A stretch of DNA of 64,000 bases from Sulfuritalea sp. (GTDB lineage Bacteria > Pseudomonadota > Gammaproteobacteria > Burkholderiales > Rhodocyclaceae): contig JADJVS010000001.1 of the NCBI GenBank assembly GCA_016710465.1, forward strand, positions 15,255-79,254. Direction: 5' to 3'. Shown here one piece after another: positions 34,810 through 46,058 of this stretch (within the stretch, counting starts at the first letter, position 1; each line of letters begins with the position of its first letter). The position numbers and the translations under genes are program-made. Under the pieces are notes generated by a model. That model ran no database searches and was not told the DNA's origin. It was given only the letters and a program-made list of their open reading frames with translations.

Positions 34810-34869
34810 GGCGGTCCCCGGCAGGTTCAGTGCCTCGACGAAGCCGAAGCGCTTGAAGTCGCGCACCCG
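34801..34869 (-). pseudogene. Remnant of a peptide deformylase 3' end (last 22 codons plus stop)
   Basis: Minus strand translates 'RVRDFKRFGFVEALNLPGTAEE*'. The intact def nearby ends '[22 protein letters not shown]' (15 of 22 identical, same length to the stop). Confidence 0.7.
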
Positions 34870-34881
34870 CTGGGCGGCTGC

Positions 34882-35304
34882 CTAAATCGCTTCCACGCCC
34901 ATCTTCATCCGTTTCGCGTTTGCGGACATCACGCTGTCCAGCGTGGCAACAGATTGCGCGCCTATCTCCCTCGCCACGGCCAGGTGCAGCGCATCGCCTG
35001 CCCGCAGCCGGTGTGTGTGTTGCTTCGCCAGATCGGCGGCGCTTCTAAATGCCGTGCGGCTGACAGGAACGATGCGCAGTCCGCTCATCGTCAGCTTCTC
35101 GAATTCCTTCCGCACGATCTTGGCGTCGCTTTCCACCAGTTCCCCCGCTCTGAGCTTGATTGAAACCGCGCTATCGAACTCCGTCAGCAGCCAATCGCCA
35201 CTGACGGGGATTTCGTTCAAGCCGCCGAACCATGCCTTTACGTCAGCCGTCCTTGGCTCGGGCACCAACAGTGACACGGCGACACTGGTATCAAGGTAGA
35301 TCAT
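34882..35304 (-). CDS. vapC: PIN-domain toxin VapC
   Basis: 'MIYLDTSV', 'LLTEFDSA', 'GDALHLAVA', 'TLDSVM' acidic PIN residues. Start overlaps the antitoxin stop. Confidence 0.85.
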   Translation of the reverse strand: MIYLDTSVAVSLLVPEPRTADVKAWFGGLNEIPVSGDWLLTEFDSAVSIKLRAGELVESDAKIVRKEFEKLTMSGLRIVPVSRTAFRSAADLAKQHTHRLRAGDALHLAVAREIGAQSVATLDSVMSANAKRMKMGVEAI

Positions 35305-35551
35305 CAGTAGCGATCCTCTTGGCGCATCATCTCGACGGTAGTGGTCGTCATCGGCATTTTGGCGTGCAGCTTGCGCAATCGCTCCAAGAAGGCCGCCTTG
35401 TCGAATGTCTGTGTTGGCGTCAACTTGATCTCGCCCAATGCCGTCACTTCCGCATCAACCGTGTCGCCATCGCGCAACCGGCCGCGCGCGTGCACTCTAC
35501 CGGCAATCGAACCGCCAGGCTGTTACCCCACTTCGATAGTTGCAACCTCAT
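35304..35551 (-). pseudogene. vapB: AbrB/SpoVT-type antitoxin VapB, frameshifted
   Basis: The ATG at 35551 encodes 'MRLQLSKWGNSLAVRLPVECTRAAG', then stops after 35 codons. The rest ('LRDGDTVDAEVTALGEIKLTP...') continues in another frame (ORF 35304-35495). The shift lies near 35470-35480. Confidence 0.7.
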
Positions 35552-35662
35552 GACGTCCCCGATGTAGAAACACGTATAAACATAGTAGCACGAACTGAAA
35601 TGCGTGCAAGCACCTCACACGGTCTTGACGGGCAACCGTGAAGATGCCGGGACCGAAGCGCC

Positions 35663-36190
35663 CTATTCGTCCGCCACGCCGGGGATATTCAGGGCATCAG
35701 TGAACCCGAATAGGCGAAAGTCCCTGACTCGCATGGAGTAGAGGATGCCGTCGAGATGGTCGCATTCGTGCTGCACCACGCGCGCGTGGAAGCCTTCGAC
35801 ACGGCGTTCAAAGCGCCGCCCGGTTTCGTCGCAGCCCGCGTAATACAGGCGCTTCCAGCGCGGCACCCAGCCGCGCAGCCCGGGCACCGAGAGGCAACCC
35901 TCCCAGCCCTCTTCTTCCTCGTCGCCGAAGGGCGTCAGCTCGGGATTGATCAGCACGGTTTCCGGCACCGGCGGCGCCTCGGGATAGCGCGGAGTCGCCT
36001 GCATGCCGAAGATCACCACGCGCAGATCGACTCCGATCTGCGGCGCTGCCAGTCCAGCGCCGTCAAGATGCGCCATGGTGTCACGCATGTCGGCGAGCAA
36101 TTCGGCGAGTTCCGTGGTGCCGAACCCGGTCACCGGCTGCGCCACCCGCAGCAGTCGCGGGTCGCCCATGCGCAGGACTTCGCGGATCAT
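35663..36190 (-). CDS. def: Peptide deformylase
   Basis: Motifs 'GLAAPQIG', 'EGCLSVPG', 'QHECDHLDG'. Start taken at the internal ATG (MIREVL). Confidence 0.9.
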   Translation of the reverse strand: MIREVLRMGDPRLLRVAQPVTGFGTTELAELLADMRDTMAHLDGAGLAAPQIGVDLRVVIFGMQATPRYPEAPPVPETVLINPELTPFGDEEEEGWEGCLSVPGLRGWVPRWKRLYYAGCDETGRRFERRVEGFHARVVQHECDHLDGILYSMRVRDFRLFGFTDALNIPGVADE

Positions 36191-36281
36191 CGCCGCCTCA
36201 TGCCGCCGCCGGGCCGCCCCAAGGCGGAATACGCCCCCCTTGGGGGGGCAGCGAGCCGGGGTTGCGAGCGTGGGGGGGCAA

Positions 36282-37019
36282 TCATGCCTCGCACAGCCCT
36301 TCGATGATCCGGCGCACGCGCCCCATGGCTTCGTGCAACACGGCCTCCAGTTCGTCAAACCGGATTCCGTGCGCGGAGTCGGCCCGTCCGGCAGCCCAGT
36401 TCGCCACTACACAAAGCGCCGCATAGGGCAGGTCAAGCTCCCGTGCCAGCCCGGCCTCGGGCATGCCGGTCATGCCGACGATGTCGGCGCCATCGCGGTG
36501 CATGCGATCGATCTCGGCGGCGGTTTCCAGGCGCGGCCCCTGTGTCGTCGCATAGATGGCGCCGTCGAGCACCGTCTCGGCGACGCGCCGCGCGACATCC
36601 AGCAGCACCTGGCGCACGCCTTCATCATACGGCTCGGTGAAATCGACGTGCACCACCGGGCCGTCGCCCCCCGACTGGAAGGTCATTTCGCGGCCCCAGG
36701 TGTAGTCGATGATCTGGTGCGGAACGACCAGCACACCCGGCCCGAGGTCGCCACGAATTCCACCGACGGAGGCCACCGATACCACCCGGGAAGCGCCCAC
36801 GCTGTCCAGCGCATGCATGTTGGCCCGATAATTCACCAGATGCGGCGGTATCGTGTGTCCGTGGCCGTGGCGGGCAAGAAACACGACATCCTGGCAACCG
36901 ATGCGGCCGAAGGTCAACGGTCCGGAGGGCTCGCCATAGGGCGTGCGCACGACTTCGCGGTGCGAGACGTCGAGATTGGCGAGTTGCGTCAAGCCGCTGC
37001 CGCCGATGATGCCGAGCAT
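36282..37019 (-). CDS. 5'-methylthioadenosine / S-methyl-5'-thioinosine phosphorylase
   Basis: 'MLGIIGGSG', 'FLARHGHGH', 'VGGIR', 'GMTGMPEA'. Confidence 0.85.
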   Translation of the reverse strand: MLGIIGGSGLTQLANLDVSHREVVRTPYGEPSGPLTFGRIGCQDVVFLARHGHGHTIPPHLVNYRANMHALDSVGASRVVSVASVGGIRGDLGPGVLVVPHQIIDYTWGREMTFQSGGDGPVVHVDFTEPYDEGVRQVLLDVARRVAETVLDGAIYATTQGPRLETAAEIDRMHRDGADIVGMTGMPEAGLARELDLPYAALCVVANWAAGRADSAHGIRFDELEAVLHEAMGRVRRIIEGLCEA

Positions 37020-37108
37020 AAAAATCCCTTGAAAATTCAATCAGAACGAGCACAGGGGCGTGCTAGAATTCGCCCCTTTTTTCCGCATCGCAGCACGCCC
37101 CCACCCCT

Positions 37109-38929
<1,821 letters not shown>

Positions 38930-39184
38930 ACCTTCCGGACGTCATCGTCGGCCCATCGACGATAACCGCCGGCGCGGCCCACGCGGCCCCTTGAGCGGCC
39001 AGGCGCCACCGGGGTTTACGTGCGAGTCAACGCGATTCCGGGCGCCGCGCCATGCGATGCGCACAAGGGGTTTGGGCGCCATCCTGCGCTATGATAGGCT
39101 TTGACGCGCCCGGGCCAGCCGGCGGTATTTGCCCGGCGTCCGAGCGCGTTCCGTTTTCCGTTTCGATTTCACTGACGATTCGCC

Positions 39185-39673
39185 ATGAACGATACCGACG
39201 CAGGCTTGAGTTTCGATATTCCCGGAATCCAGAAATGCCAGCAGAATCGCTATCCGCTGCTGTTCGTCGACCGCATCACCGATCTCATACCGGGAAAGCG
39301 GGCGCGCGGCATCAAAACCTTCACCTATAACGAGTGGTTTTTCCCGGCGCACTTCGCGGACGAGCCCACGGTTCCCGGATTCATCATGGTCGAATGCCTG
39401 GTGCAGACCTTCATCATGATCTTTCTGTCCAGGCCGGAATACCAGGGCATGAAGACCGCGTTCTCGAATATCAGCGACTTTCAGTTCAAGCGCAAGATCG
39501 TGCCCGGCGAGTCCCTCGATATCCTGGCGATTCTGGATTCCTTCAATCGCGGCGTGGCGAAGGGCCGCGCGACGGGTCACGTGGCGGGAGAACTGGCCTG
39601 CGCCGGCGAGTTCGTGATCGCGGTGCCTGACGTCCTGAAACAGTTCACACCACGCCCCCCCACCTCGTCCTGA
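39185..39673 (+). CDS. FabZ/FabA-like hotdog dehydratase
   Basis: 'NRYPLLFVDRITDL', 'FFPAHFADEPTVPGFIMVECLVQ' (catalytic His and Glu positions retained). Confidence 0.75.
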   Translation: MNDTDAGLSFDIPGIQKCQQNRYPLLFVDRITDLIPGKRARGIKTFTYNEWFFPAHFADEPTVPGFIMVECLVQTFIMIFLSRPEYQGMKTAFSNISDFQFKRKIVPGESLDILAILDSFNRGVAKGRATGHVAGELACAGEFVIAVPDVLKQFTPRPPTSS

Positions 39674-39688
39674 GCTTTCCAGACGTCC

Positions 39689-41473
39689 ATGCCCAGGGTT
39701 GCCGACTATGTGATGGAAAGACTCCAGGCGCAAGGCGTGCGCCATGTCTTTCTGGTCAGCGGCCGGGGCGCCTTGTTCCTGACGGATGCCGTTGCCAGGC
39801 TCAAGACCATGTCGGCGGTATGCATGCACCACGAGCAATCCGCCGCCTTCGCCGCCGCTGCGTATGCCCAGCATTCGGGAGGCCCTGGCGTCTGTCTGGT
39901 GTCGACAGGCTGCGCCGCGACCAATACCCTGACGGGAGTTCTGTCGGCATGGCAGGACGGTCTGCCCTGCATCTTCATCTCCGGCCAAAACACCCTGGCC
40001 GAGACCACGCGATACACGGGAAAAGCCCTGCGTACCTTCGGCCAGCAAGAGGCAGACATCGTAAGCATCGTTGCGTCCATCACCAAATACGCGGTGATGA
40101 TCACCGATCCGGCAAGCATTGCCCATGAGCTCGACAAGGCACTGTTTCTGGCCATGTCGGGGAGACCCGGCCCGGTATGGATAGACATCCCTCTTGACAT
40201 CCAGAGCATGCGCGTTGTCCCCGAGGAACTCGCGCGCTTCGTACCTGATGCGAATTTGCCGGGCCAGCCCTCGGCCGAGGATGTGTGCCAGGTTGCCGCG
40301 GCGCTGCGCGACGCGAAGCGTCCGGTGCTGTTGCTGGGAAGCGGCATGCGCAGCGCGAAGGCGGTCGATGCGCTGCGGGACTTCCTCGCGAGCAATCCAG
40401 TTCCCGTCACCTACGCGGCCTCGGCACCCGACGTCATCGATGCTGGCGATCCGCTGCTGATCGGGTCGGTGGGAGCGATGGGCTGTTCCCGGGCGGGCAA
40501 TTTCGCTGTCCAGAACGCCGACCTGGTGCTGGTGGTGGGGTGCCGGCTCTCATCCATGGTGACCGGAACGGATTTCGCGAAGTTTGCACGGGCCGCCAGG
40601 ATCATCGTCGTCGACATCGATCCGGCGGAACATGCAAAGGACGGCGTGCGGATCGACAGGCTCGTCGTCGCCGACGCCAGGCAGTTTCTACTGGCGCTGA
40701 CGCAAGCCGCGGCCATCGGCGACACCAGCGCCTGGCGCCTGAAGTGCCAGCACTGGAAGACAGTTTTTCCACGCCACGAGGCACGTCAGGGAAGCACGGA
40801 GCGAGTCGACCTCCATCATCTCGCCGATTGCCTTTCCCGCGTGCTGCCCGCCGACGCCTCGCTGGTCACCGACTCTGGTTTTGCCGAAATCATCCTGCCG
40901 ACCAATGTCGGATTTTCCAGGGGGCAGCGCTGCATCCACCCGGTATCGCAAGGTGCCATGGGATTCGCGCTGCCGGCGATCGTTGGCGTACACTTTTCCG
41001 GCGACCACCCGATCGTCGCCGTCGTCGGTGACGGTTCGGTGATGATGAACCTGCAGGAGCTGCAGACCATACGGCATCACAATATTCCGGCGAAGATCCT
41101 GATCATCAGCAACAATGCCTACGGCATCATCCGCCGGCGCCAGACCGACCTGTTCCGCTCGCGCACCATAGGAACGGACTCGAGCAACGGCGTAAGCTGC
41201 CCGGATTTCCGCGAGGTGGCGAAGTCCTTCGCACTGCCCTATGCACGCATAGAGCGCGCCGAAGAGCTTGAGCCAAGGCTGCGAGATATCCTCATGGCGG
41301 ATGGGGCGATAATCTGCGAAATTCTTGGCCTGGAGAATCAGGACTACATCGAGACAAGCCTCGCCAGGAATTCGGCGGGCCGCCTGGTGCGCCGCCCCCT
41401 GGAAGATCAAGCTCCGTTTCTGGACCGGACGACATTCCTGGCCGAAATGATCGTCGAACCCATCGACCAATAG
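39689..41473 (+). CDS. Thiamine diphosphate-dependent enzyme (acetolactate synthase large-subunit-like)
   Basis: N-terminal Pyr domain 'HEQSAAFAAAAYA', C-terminal 'VVGDGSVMMNLQELQT...ISNNAYGI' ThDP motif. Confidence 0.8.
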   Translation: MPRVADYVMERLQAQGVRHVFLVSGRGALFLTDAVARLKTMSAVCMHHEQSAAFAAAAYAQHSGGPGVCLVSTGCAATNTLTGVLSAWQDGLPCIFISGQNTLAETTRYTGKALRTFGQQEADIVSIVASITKYAVMITDPASIAHELDKALFLAMSGRPGPVWIDIPLDIQSMRVVPEELARFVPDANLPGQPSAEDVCQVAAALRDAKRPVLLLGSGMRSAKAVDALRDFLASNPVPVTYAASAPDVIDAGDPLLIGSVGAMGCSRAGNFAVQNADLVLVVGCRLSSMVTGTDFAKFARAARIIVVDIDPAEHAKDGVRIDRLVVADARQFLLALTQAAAIGDTSAWRLKCQHWKTVFPRHEARQGSTERVDLHHLADCLSRVLPADASLVTDSGFAEIILPTNVGFSRGQRCIHPVSQGAMGFALPAIVGVHFSGDHPIVAVVGDGSVMMNLQELQTIRHHNIPAKILIISNNAYGIIRRRQTDLFRSRTIGTDSSNGVSCPDFREVAKSFALPYARIERAEELEPRLRDILMADGAIICEILGLENQDYIETSLARNSAGRLVRRPLEDQAPFLDRTTFLAEMIVEPIDQ

Positions 41474-41508
41474 ACCCACCGGCCCCACTACCAAGCGCAG
41501 GCAACGTC

Positions 41509-42543
41509 ATGGCCACCATCAAGTTACGCAACGGCATCGAGCTTTCCGATTTCGGCAAGCCCTATTTCGTTGCCGAGCTGAACACCAGCCATTTCGGTGA
41601 TCTCGAAACCGCCAGGCAAATGATCGTGCGGGCTAGGGAAGTCGGTTGCGATTGCGTGAAGTTCCAGTCGTGGTCCACGCAAAGCCTGTATTCCAAATCC
41701 TTCTACGACGCCAATCCCGTCGCCCGCCGCATGGTCGGCAAGTTCGCCCTGGCGGAGGACAGCCTGCGCGACCTGGCCCGGTTTGCCAAGTCGGCCGGAA
41801 TTGCGTTCGCATCGACGCCCTACTCGCGCGAGGAGGTCGAATTCCTGATCGAGCAGTGCGACGTCCCCTTCATCAAGGTCGCCTCGATGGAGTTGAACAA
41901 CCTCCCCTTCCTGGACTTCATTGCCCGCACGGGAACACCGATGGTGCTGTCCACCGGCATGGGTGAACTCGGCGAGATTCGCGCGGCTGTCGAAACCATT
42001 GCCAATGCGGGAAACCGGAATCTGTGCGTACTTCACTGCGTTTCGACCTATCCCGCCGCCGCCCCGGCGATCCGCCTCAATAATATCCTTGGCCTGCGCG
42101 ACGAATTTCCAGAGTATCCGATCGGCTATTCGGACCATTCTCTCGGTCTGGAGTGTGCCGCCGCGTCCGTCGCGCTTGGCGCCTGCCTGATCGAGAAGCA
42201 CTTCACCCTCGACCACAACAAGCTCGGCATGGACAACCAAATGGCAACCGAACCGGCGGAAATGATGGCCCTGGTCCAGGCGTGCCGGAATGTGCATGAG
42301 GCCATGGGCAGCCGCGAACGTATCCTTCCCCCGGAGGAATACGAGCAGCGATTGAAGATGCGACGCAGCATCATCGCCGCGCGCGAATTGAAACAGGGCA
42401 CCCGGATCACCCCGGCCGATCTGGACGCAAAGCGCCCCGGCTCGGGCCTGCCGCCAACCGCGATGGCGACATTGATCGGGAAGGTGGTTATTCGCGGCAT
42501 CGAAGCGGACACCCTGATCCGGGAGTGCGATGTTTCAGATTGA
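41509..42543 (+). CDS. NeuB-family (N-acetylneuraminate / nonulosonate synthase-like) PEP-condensing enzyme
   Basis: 'YFVAELNTSHFGDLETARQMI', 'DCVKFQ', 'IKVASMEL', 'GYSDHSLG', C-terminal SAF-like domain. Confidence 0.8.
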   Translation: MATIKLRNGIELSDFGKPYFVAELNTSHFGDLETARQMIVRAREVGCDCVKFQSWSTQSLYSKSFYDANPVARRMVGKFALAEDSLRDLARFAKSAGIAFASTPYSREEVEFLIEQCDVPFIKVASMELNNLPFLDFIARTGTPMVLSTGMGELGEIRAAVETIANAGNRNLCVLHCVSTYPAAAPAIRLNNILGLRDEFPEYPIGYSDHSLGLECAAASVALGACLIEKHFTLDHNKLGMDNQMATEPAEMMALVQACRNVHEAMGSRERILPPEEYEQRLKMRRSIIAARELKQGTRITPADLDAKRPGSGLPPTAMATLIGKVVIRGIEADTLIRECDVSD

Positions 42544-42624
42544 AGCGACGAGTGGCATCCCGCTAGCGAGAGAACCGAGCGCAACGCGGAAAACATGCCA
42601 GGTCCTGGATAGCGGAGCGCGCCC

Positions 42625-43284
42625 GTGAGTTCGCTGTTCGTCTACTGCGCCGGCGGCTATGGCAAGGAAGTGATCGAAGTCGCGCGGCGCTACAACTCGC
42701 TTCACGGGTGCTGGGAAGCCATCCATTTTCTCGATGACGTGTGCACCGAACCAGCCCGCCACGAGGCGAGGATCTTCGCCTTCGACGATGCCTGCGAGCA
42801 CATCGGGAAGCACGGCGGCGAAGTGGTGATCGCCTCGGGAGAGCCCAGCCTTCGCGCTACGCTGAGGATGAAATTGCAGCAACGCGGGCTGCGGCTCGGC
42901 CGCCTGGTCGACGCAACATCGATCGTCAGCCAGCCCGAAAGCCTGAGCGAAGGCGTCGTGATATCGCAGCATTGTTCGGTTTCGCGCGATGCCAGGCTGG
43001 GATGCAATGTTTCCGTCAATGCGATGTCCATCGTCGGCCATGATGTCGTGGTCGGCGATGATTCGGTCATCTCCTCGATGGTCAATATCGGCGGAAAAAC
43101 CGTGATCGGCCGCAGCACCTATATCGGGATGGGTGCCTTGATCAAGGACCAGGTGCGAATCGGCGAAGGCGTCATCGTCGGGATGGGCTCGGTGGTGTTC
43201 AACGACCTGCCGGACAACGTCATCGCCCTGGGCAATCCCGCAAGGCCGATGCGCCCCAACCTGGAACAACGAGTCTTTAAATGA
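42625..43284 (+). CDS. NeuD/PglD-type hexapeptide-repeat acyltransferase
   Basis: GTG start. N-terminal 'FVYCAGGYGKEVIEVAR' followed by a left-handed beta-helix repeat region. Confidence 0.75.
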   Translation: MSSLFVYCAGGYGKEVIEVARRYNSLHGCWEAIHFLDDVCTEPARHEARIFAFDDACEHIGKHGGEVVIASGEPSLRATLRMKLQQRGLRLGRLVDATSIVSQPESLSEGVVISQHCSVSRDARLGCNVSVNAMSIVGHDVVVGDDSVISSMVNIGGKTVIGRSTYIGMGALIKDQVRIGEGVIVGMGSVVFNDLPDNVIALGNPARPMRPNLEQRVFK

Positions 43285-43541
43285 ACGGAGGCAGCGTGAG
43301 CAACAAGGAAAAATATGACGATATCTTCATCGAGTGCTTCGGCCTTGCGCCCGACCAGCTCGGCGACAAGCTGGCCTACCGCAGCGTTCAGGCCTGGGAT
43401 TCGGCGGGGCACATGGGGATGATCGCGGCGATCGAGGAGGCCTTCGGCATCATGCTGGAAACCGACGACATCATCGAGTTCAGTTCCTACAACGTCGGCA
43501 TCGAGATACTGCGCAAATACGGGGTCGACCTGTCGACATGA
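43281..43541 (+). CDS. Acyl carrier protein
   Basis: 86 aa with 'WDSAGHMGMIAAIEEAFGI' (Ser attachment motif). ATGA-coupled on both sides. Confidence 0.7.
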   Translation: MNGGSVSNKEKYDDIFIECFGLAPDQLGDKLAYRSVQAWDSAGHMGMIAAIEEAFGIMLETDDIIEFSSYNVGIEILRKYGVDLST

Positions 43542-44962
43542 CGCTCCTCGGCGCAAGCGGGCCCGCTGGGCTGGCGGTCCTTCCGGAGGAAGGATGCTGC
43601 CTGTCGCACGGGGAACTCGGTGCCGAAGTCAGGGCACTGGCGGCGAAGTTCCCGCCGCCGGGCCTGCTGTTCTGCCTGTGCCACAACGACTTGCCAACGC
43701 TGCTTTGCTACCTTGCCTGCCTCGACCGCGCGGTGGTACCACTGCTGCTGCCCGGAGGCATCGACAAGGCAAGGCTCGCCGGCCTGCTGGAGGCCTATAG
43801 GCCCAACTATGTGTTTCATAAACGGGACGACCTCGCCGGGATTTCCGCCCAGACCATTCTGCATTGCGGCGAATACGGACTGTATCGAACGGGCGACGAC
43901 ATCCGGCACGTACTGCACCCGGATCTCGCGCTACTGCTGACCACCTCGGGATCGACCGGGTCGCGCAAGCTGGTTCGAATTTCCAGGCGAAACCTGCTGG
44001 CCAATGCCGATTCGATCATCGACTACCTGGGCATCGAGGCTGGCGAGCGAGCAATTACCACGCTCCCCATCCACTACTCCTACGGCTTGTCGGTCATCAA
44101 CAGCCACCTCAGGGGCGGCGCCGCATTGCTGCTCAGCGACCGATCGATCATGGAGCGCCAGCTTTGGGCCCAGATCCAGCGCGACGGGGCAACGAGTCTC
44201 GCCGGTGTTCCCTATACCTACGACATGCTGCTCAAGCTGGGTATCGAACGGCTCAAGATGCCTGCAATGAGAACCTTCACCCAGGCGGGCGGACGACTGG
44301 CCCCGGAACGGATCCGGCGCGTTGCCGAATCCTGTGGTGCGCGCGGCATGCGCTTCTATACGATGTATGGCCAGACCGAAGCCACGGCGCGGATCGCCTA
44401 TCTGCCCTGGCAGGAAACCCTCGCCCGGGCCGGCAGCATCGGTCGGCCCATTCCGGGCGGAGCGCTTTGGCTGGAAGACCCGCAGGGCCTGCGGATCACG
44501 CAAGCCGGATGCACCGGCGAACTGATCTATTCCGGCCCCAATGTGTGCCTTGGATATGCCACTTCGCACCGGAACCTCGCCCTCGGCGACCAGAACCATG
44601 GCATTTTGCGGACCGGCGACCTGGCGATCATCGATGACTACGGCTATTTCACGCTGGTAGGCCGTGCCAGCCGATTCGTGAAGATTTTCGGCAACCGGAT
44701 TGCTCTGGACGAAGTCGAATCCTTGCTCCACGAACAAGGTCTCAGCGCCACGGTCACCGGCACCGACGAGCGGCTCGACGTGCATCTTGAAGGGCAGCTC
44801 CCTGACTACGACCTGCAGACCCGCCTCGCCGCAACTCTGGGCGTCAATCCCACCGCAATCGCGGTCAGGGCCCTGCCCAGCATCCCCAGGCTGGAGAGCG
44901 GGAAGATCGATTATGCTTCCCTTGCCGGGATTTTGAGCCCACGCGATGTCGATGCGCACTGA
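43538..44962 (+). CDS. Acyl-AMP ligase (AMP-dependent synthetase) predicted to load the ACP
   Basis: 'LLLTTSGSTGSRKLV', 'YGQTEAT', 'LRTGDL'. Start taken at the internal ATG. Confidence 0.8.
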   Translation: MTLLGASGPAGLAVLPEEGCCLSHGELGAEVRALAAKFPPPGLLFCLCHNDLPTLLCYLACLDRAVVPLLLPGGIDKARLAGLLEAYRPNYVFHKRDDLAGISAQTILHCGEYGLYRTGDDIRHVLHPDLALLLTTSGSTGSRKLVRISRRNLLANADSIIDYLGIEAGERAITTLPIHYSYGLSVINSHLRGGAALLLSDRSIMERQLWAQIQRDGATSLAGVPYTYDMLLKLGIERLKMPAMRTFTQAGGRLAPERIRRVAESCGARGMRFYTMYGQTEATARIAYLPWQETLARAGSIGRPIPGGALWLEDPQGLRITQAGCTGELIYSGPNVCLGYATSHRNLALGDQNHGILRTGDLAIIDDYGYFTLVGRASRFVKIFGNRIALDEVESLLHEQGLSATVTGTDERLDVHLEGQLPDYDLQTRLAATLGVNPTAIAVRALPSIPRLESGKIDYASLAGILSPRDVDAH

Positions 44963-46058
44963 TCCTGTCGGCGATCCCTCGCCGCGTTCTCTACCCAGTC
45001 CTGGACATCCCTACGCCCTGCACCGCGCGGCCAAACAAGAGGCGCTGGTTCCCGAACTGAATCGCCTGACCCGGCTGCACTACGCCGGCTGCGCCGAGTA
45101 TCGCCGCCTGGTCGACGTGCTCCACGGCGGCCCGCGCCAGGTCGATCGTTGCGAAGACTTTCCCTACCTGCCGGTACGCCTGTTCAAGCACTATGAGCTG
45201 CGCAGCGTGCCTGAAGCGGACCTGGTCAGGACGCTGAGTTCTTCCGGCACCTCGGGACAGGCGGTTTCACGCATCCACCTCGACAAGGATACGGCGGCCA
45301 GACAGACCCGCGCATTGACCGAGATCGCGGGAAGTTTCATCGGCAGCCGGCGCCTGCCCATGCTGATCGTCGACTGCCCGGCGACGCTTGCCAACCGTGC
45401 CGGCTTTTCGGCGCGGACCGCCGGCATCCTCGGCTTTTCGATCTTCGGACGCAATCCCACCCATGCCCTCGACGACGACATGCAGATCGACTCCGGGGCG
45501 ATCGAAGCCTTCCTCGCCCGCCACGGCGAGGGGCCAGTTCTGGTTTTTGGCTTTACCGCAGTCGTCTGGCAGCATTTCGTGCTTGCCCTTGCAGCACGCG
45601 GAGCCAGCCTTTCGATTCCCGGCGGCATCCTGATTCACGGTGGTGGCTGGAAGAAGCTCGCTTCCGCCGCGGTATCGCCAGACGAATTCAAATCGCGCCT
45701 GCGGCGGTTGACCGGGATCGCCAGGGTCCACAATTACTACGGCATGGTCGAGCAGACCGGATCCATCTTCATGGAATGCGAACACGGCTTTCTCCACGCC
45801 TCGGATTATTCCGAGGTGATCATCCGCGACCCGCTGGATTTCAAGGTCGTCGCTCCCGGCGTGCCGGGCCTGATTCAACTGCTGTCGGTACTACCGCACA
45901 GCTATCCGGGGCATTCGATATTGACGGAGGACACTGGAACAATGGTCGGCGTGGACGACTGCCCATGCGGCCGCCAGGGAGCACGCTTTCAGGTGCATGG
46001 GCGGCTCAAGGATGCCGAAACCCGGGGTTGCAGCGATGTCGATCACCATCCCGCCTGA
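44946..46058 (+). CDS. LuxE-family acyl-protein synthetase
   Basis: 'FPYLPVRLFKHYELRSVP', 'SSSGTSGQAVSRIHLD', 'HNYYGMVEQTG'. Confidence 0.75.
   Translation: MSMRTDPVGDPSPRSLPSPGHPYALHRAAKQEALVPELNRLTRLHYAGCAEYRRLVDVLHGGPRQVDRCEDFPYLPVRLFKHYELRSVPEADLVRTLSSSGTSGQAVSRIHLDKDTAARQTRALTEIAGSFIGSRRLPMLIVDCPATLANRAGFSARTAGILGFSIFGRNPTHALDDDMQIDSGAIEAFLARHGEGPVLVFGFTAVVWQHFVLALAARGASLSIPGGILIHGGGWKKLASAAVSPDEFKSRLRRLTGIARVHNYYGMVEQTGSIFMECEHGFLHASDYSEVIIRDPLDFKVVAPGVPGLIQLLSVLPHSYPGHSILTEDTGTMVGVDDCPCGRQGARFQVHGRLKDAETRGCSDVDHHPA

Noticed and set aside
36233-36277. C6-TT-G7 palindrome and a second G7 tract in the 91-bp spacer between the phosphorylase gene and def
   Set aside because: It could be a weak hairpin or a slippage-prone tract. 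There is no T-run, no flanking promoter elements and no evidence of length variation, so it was not called.
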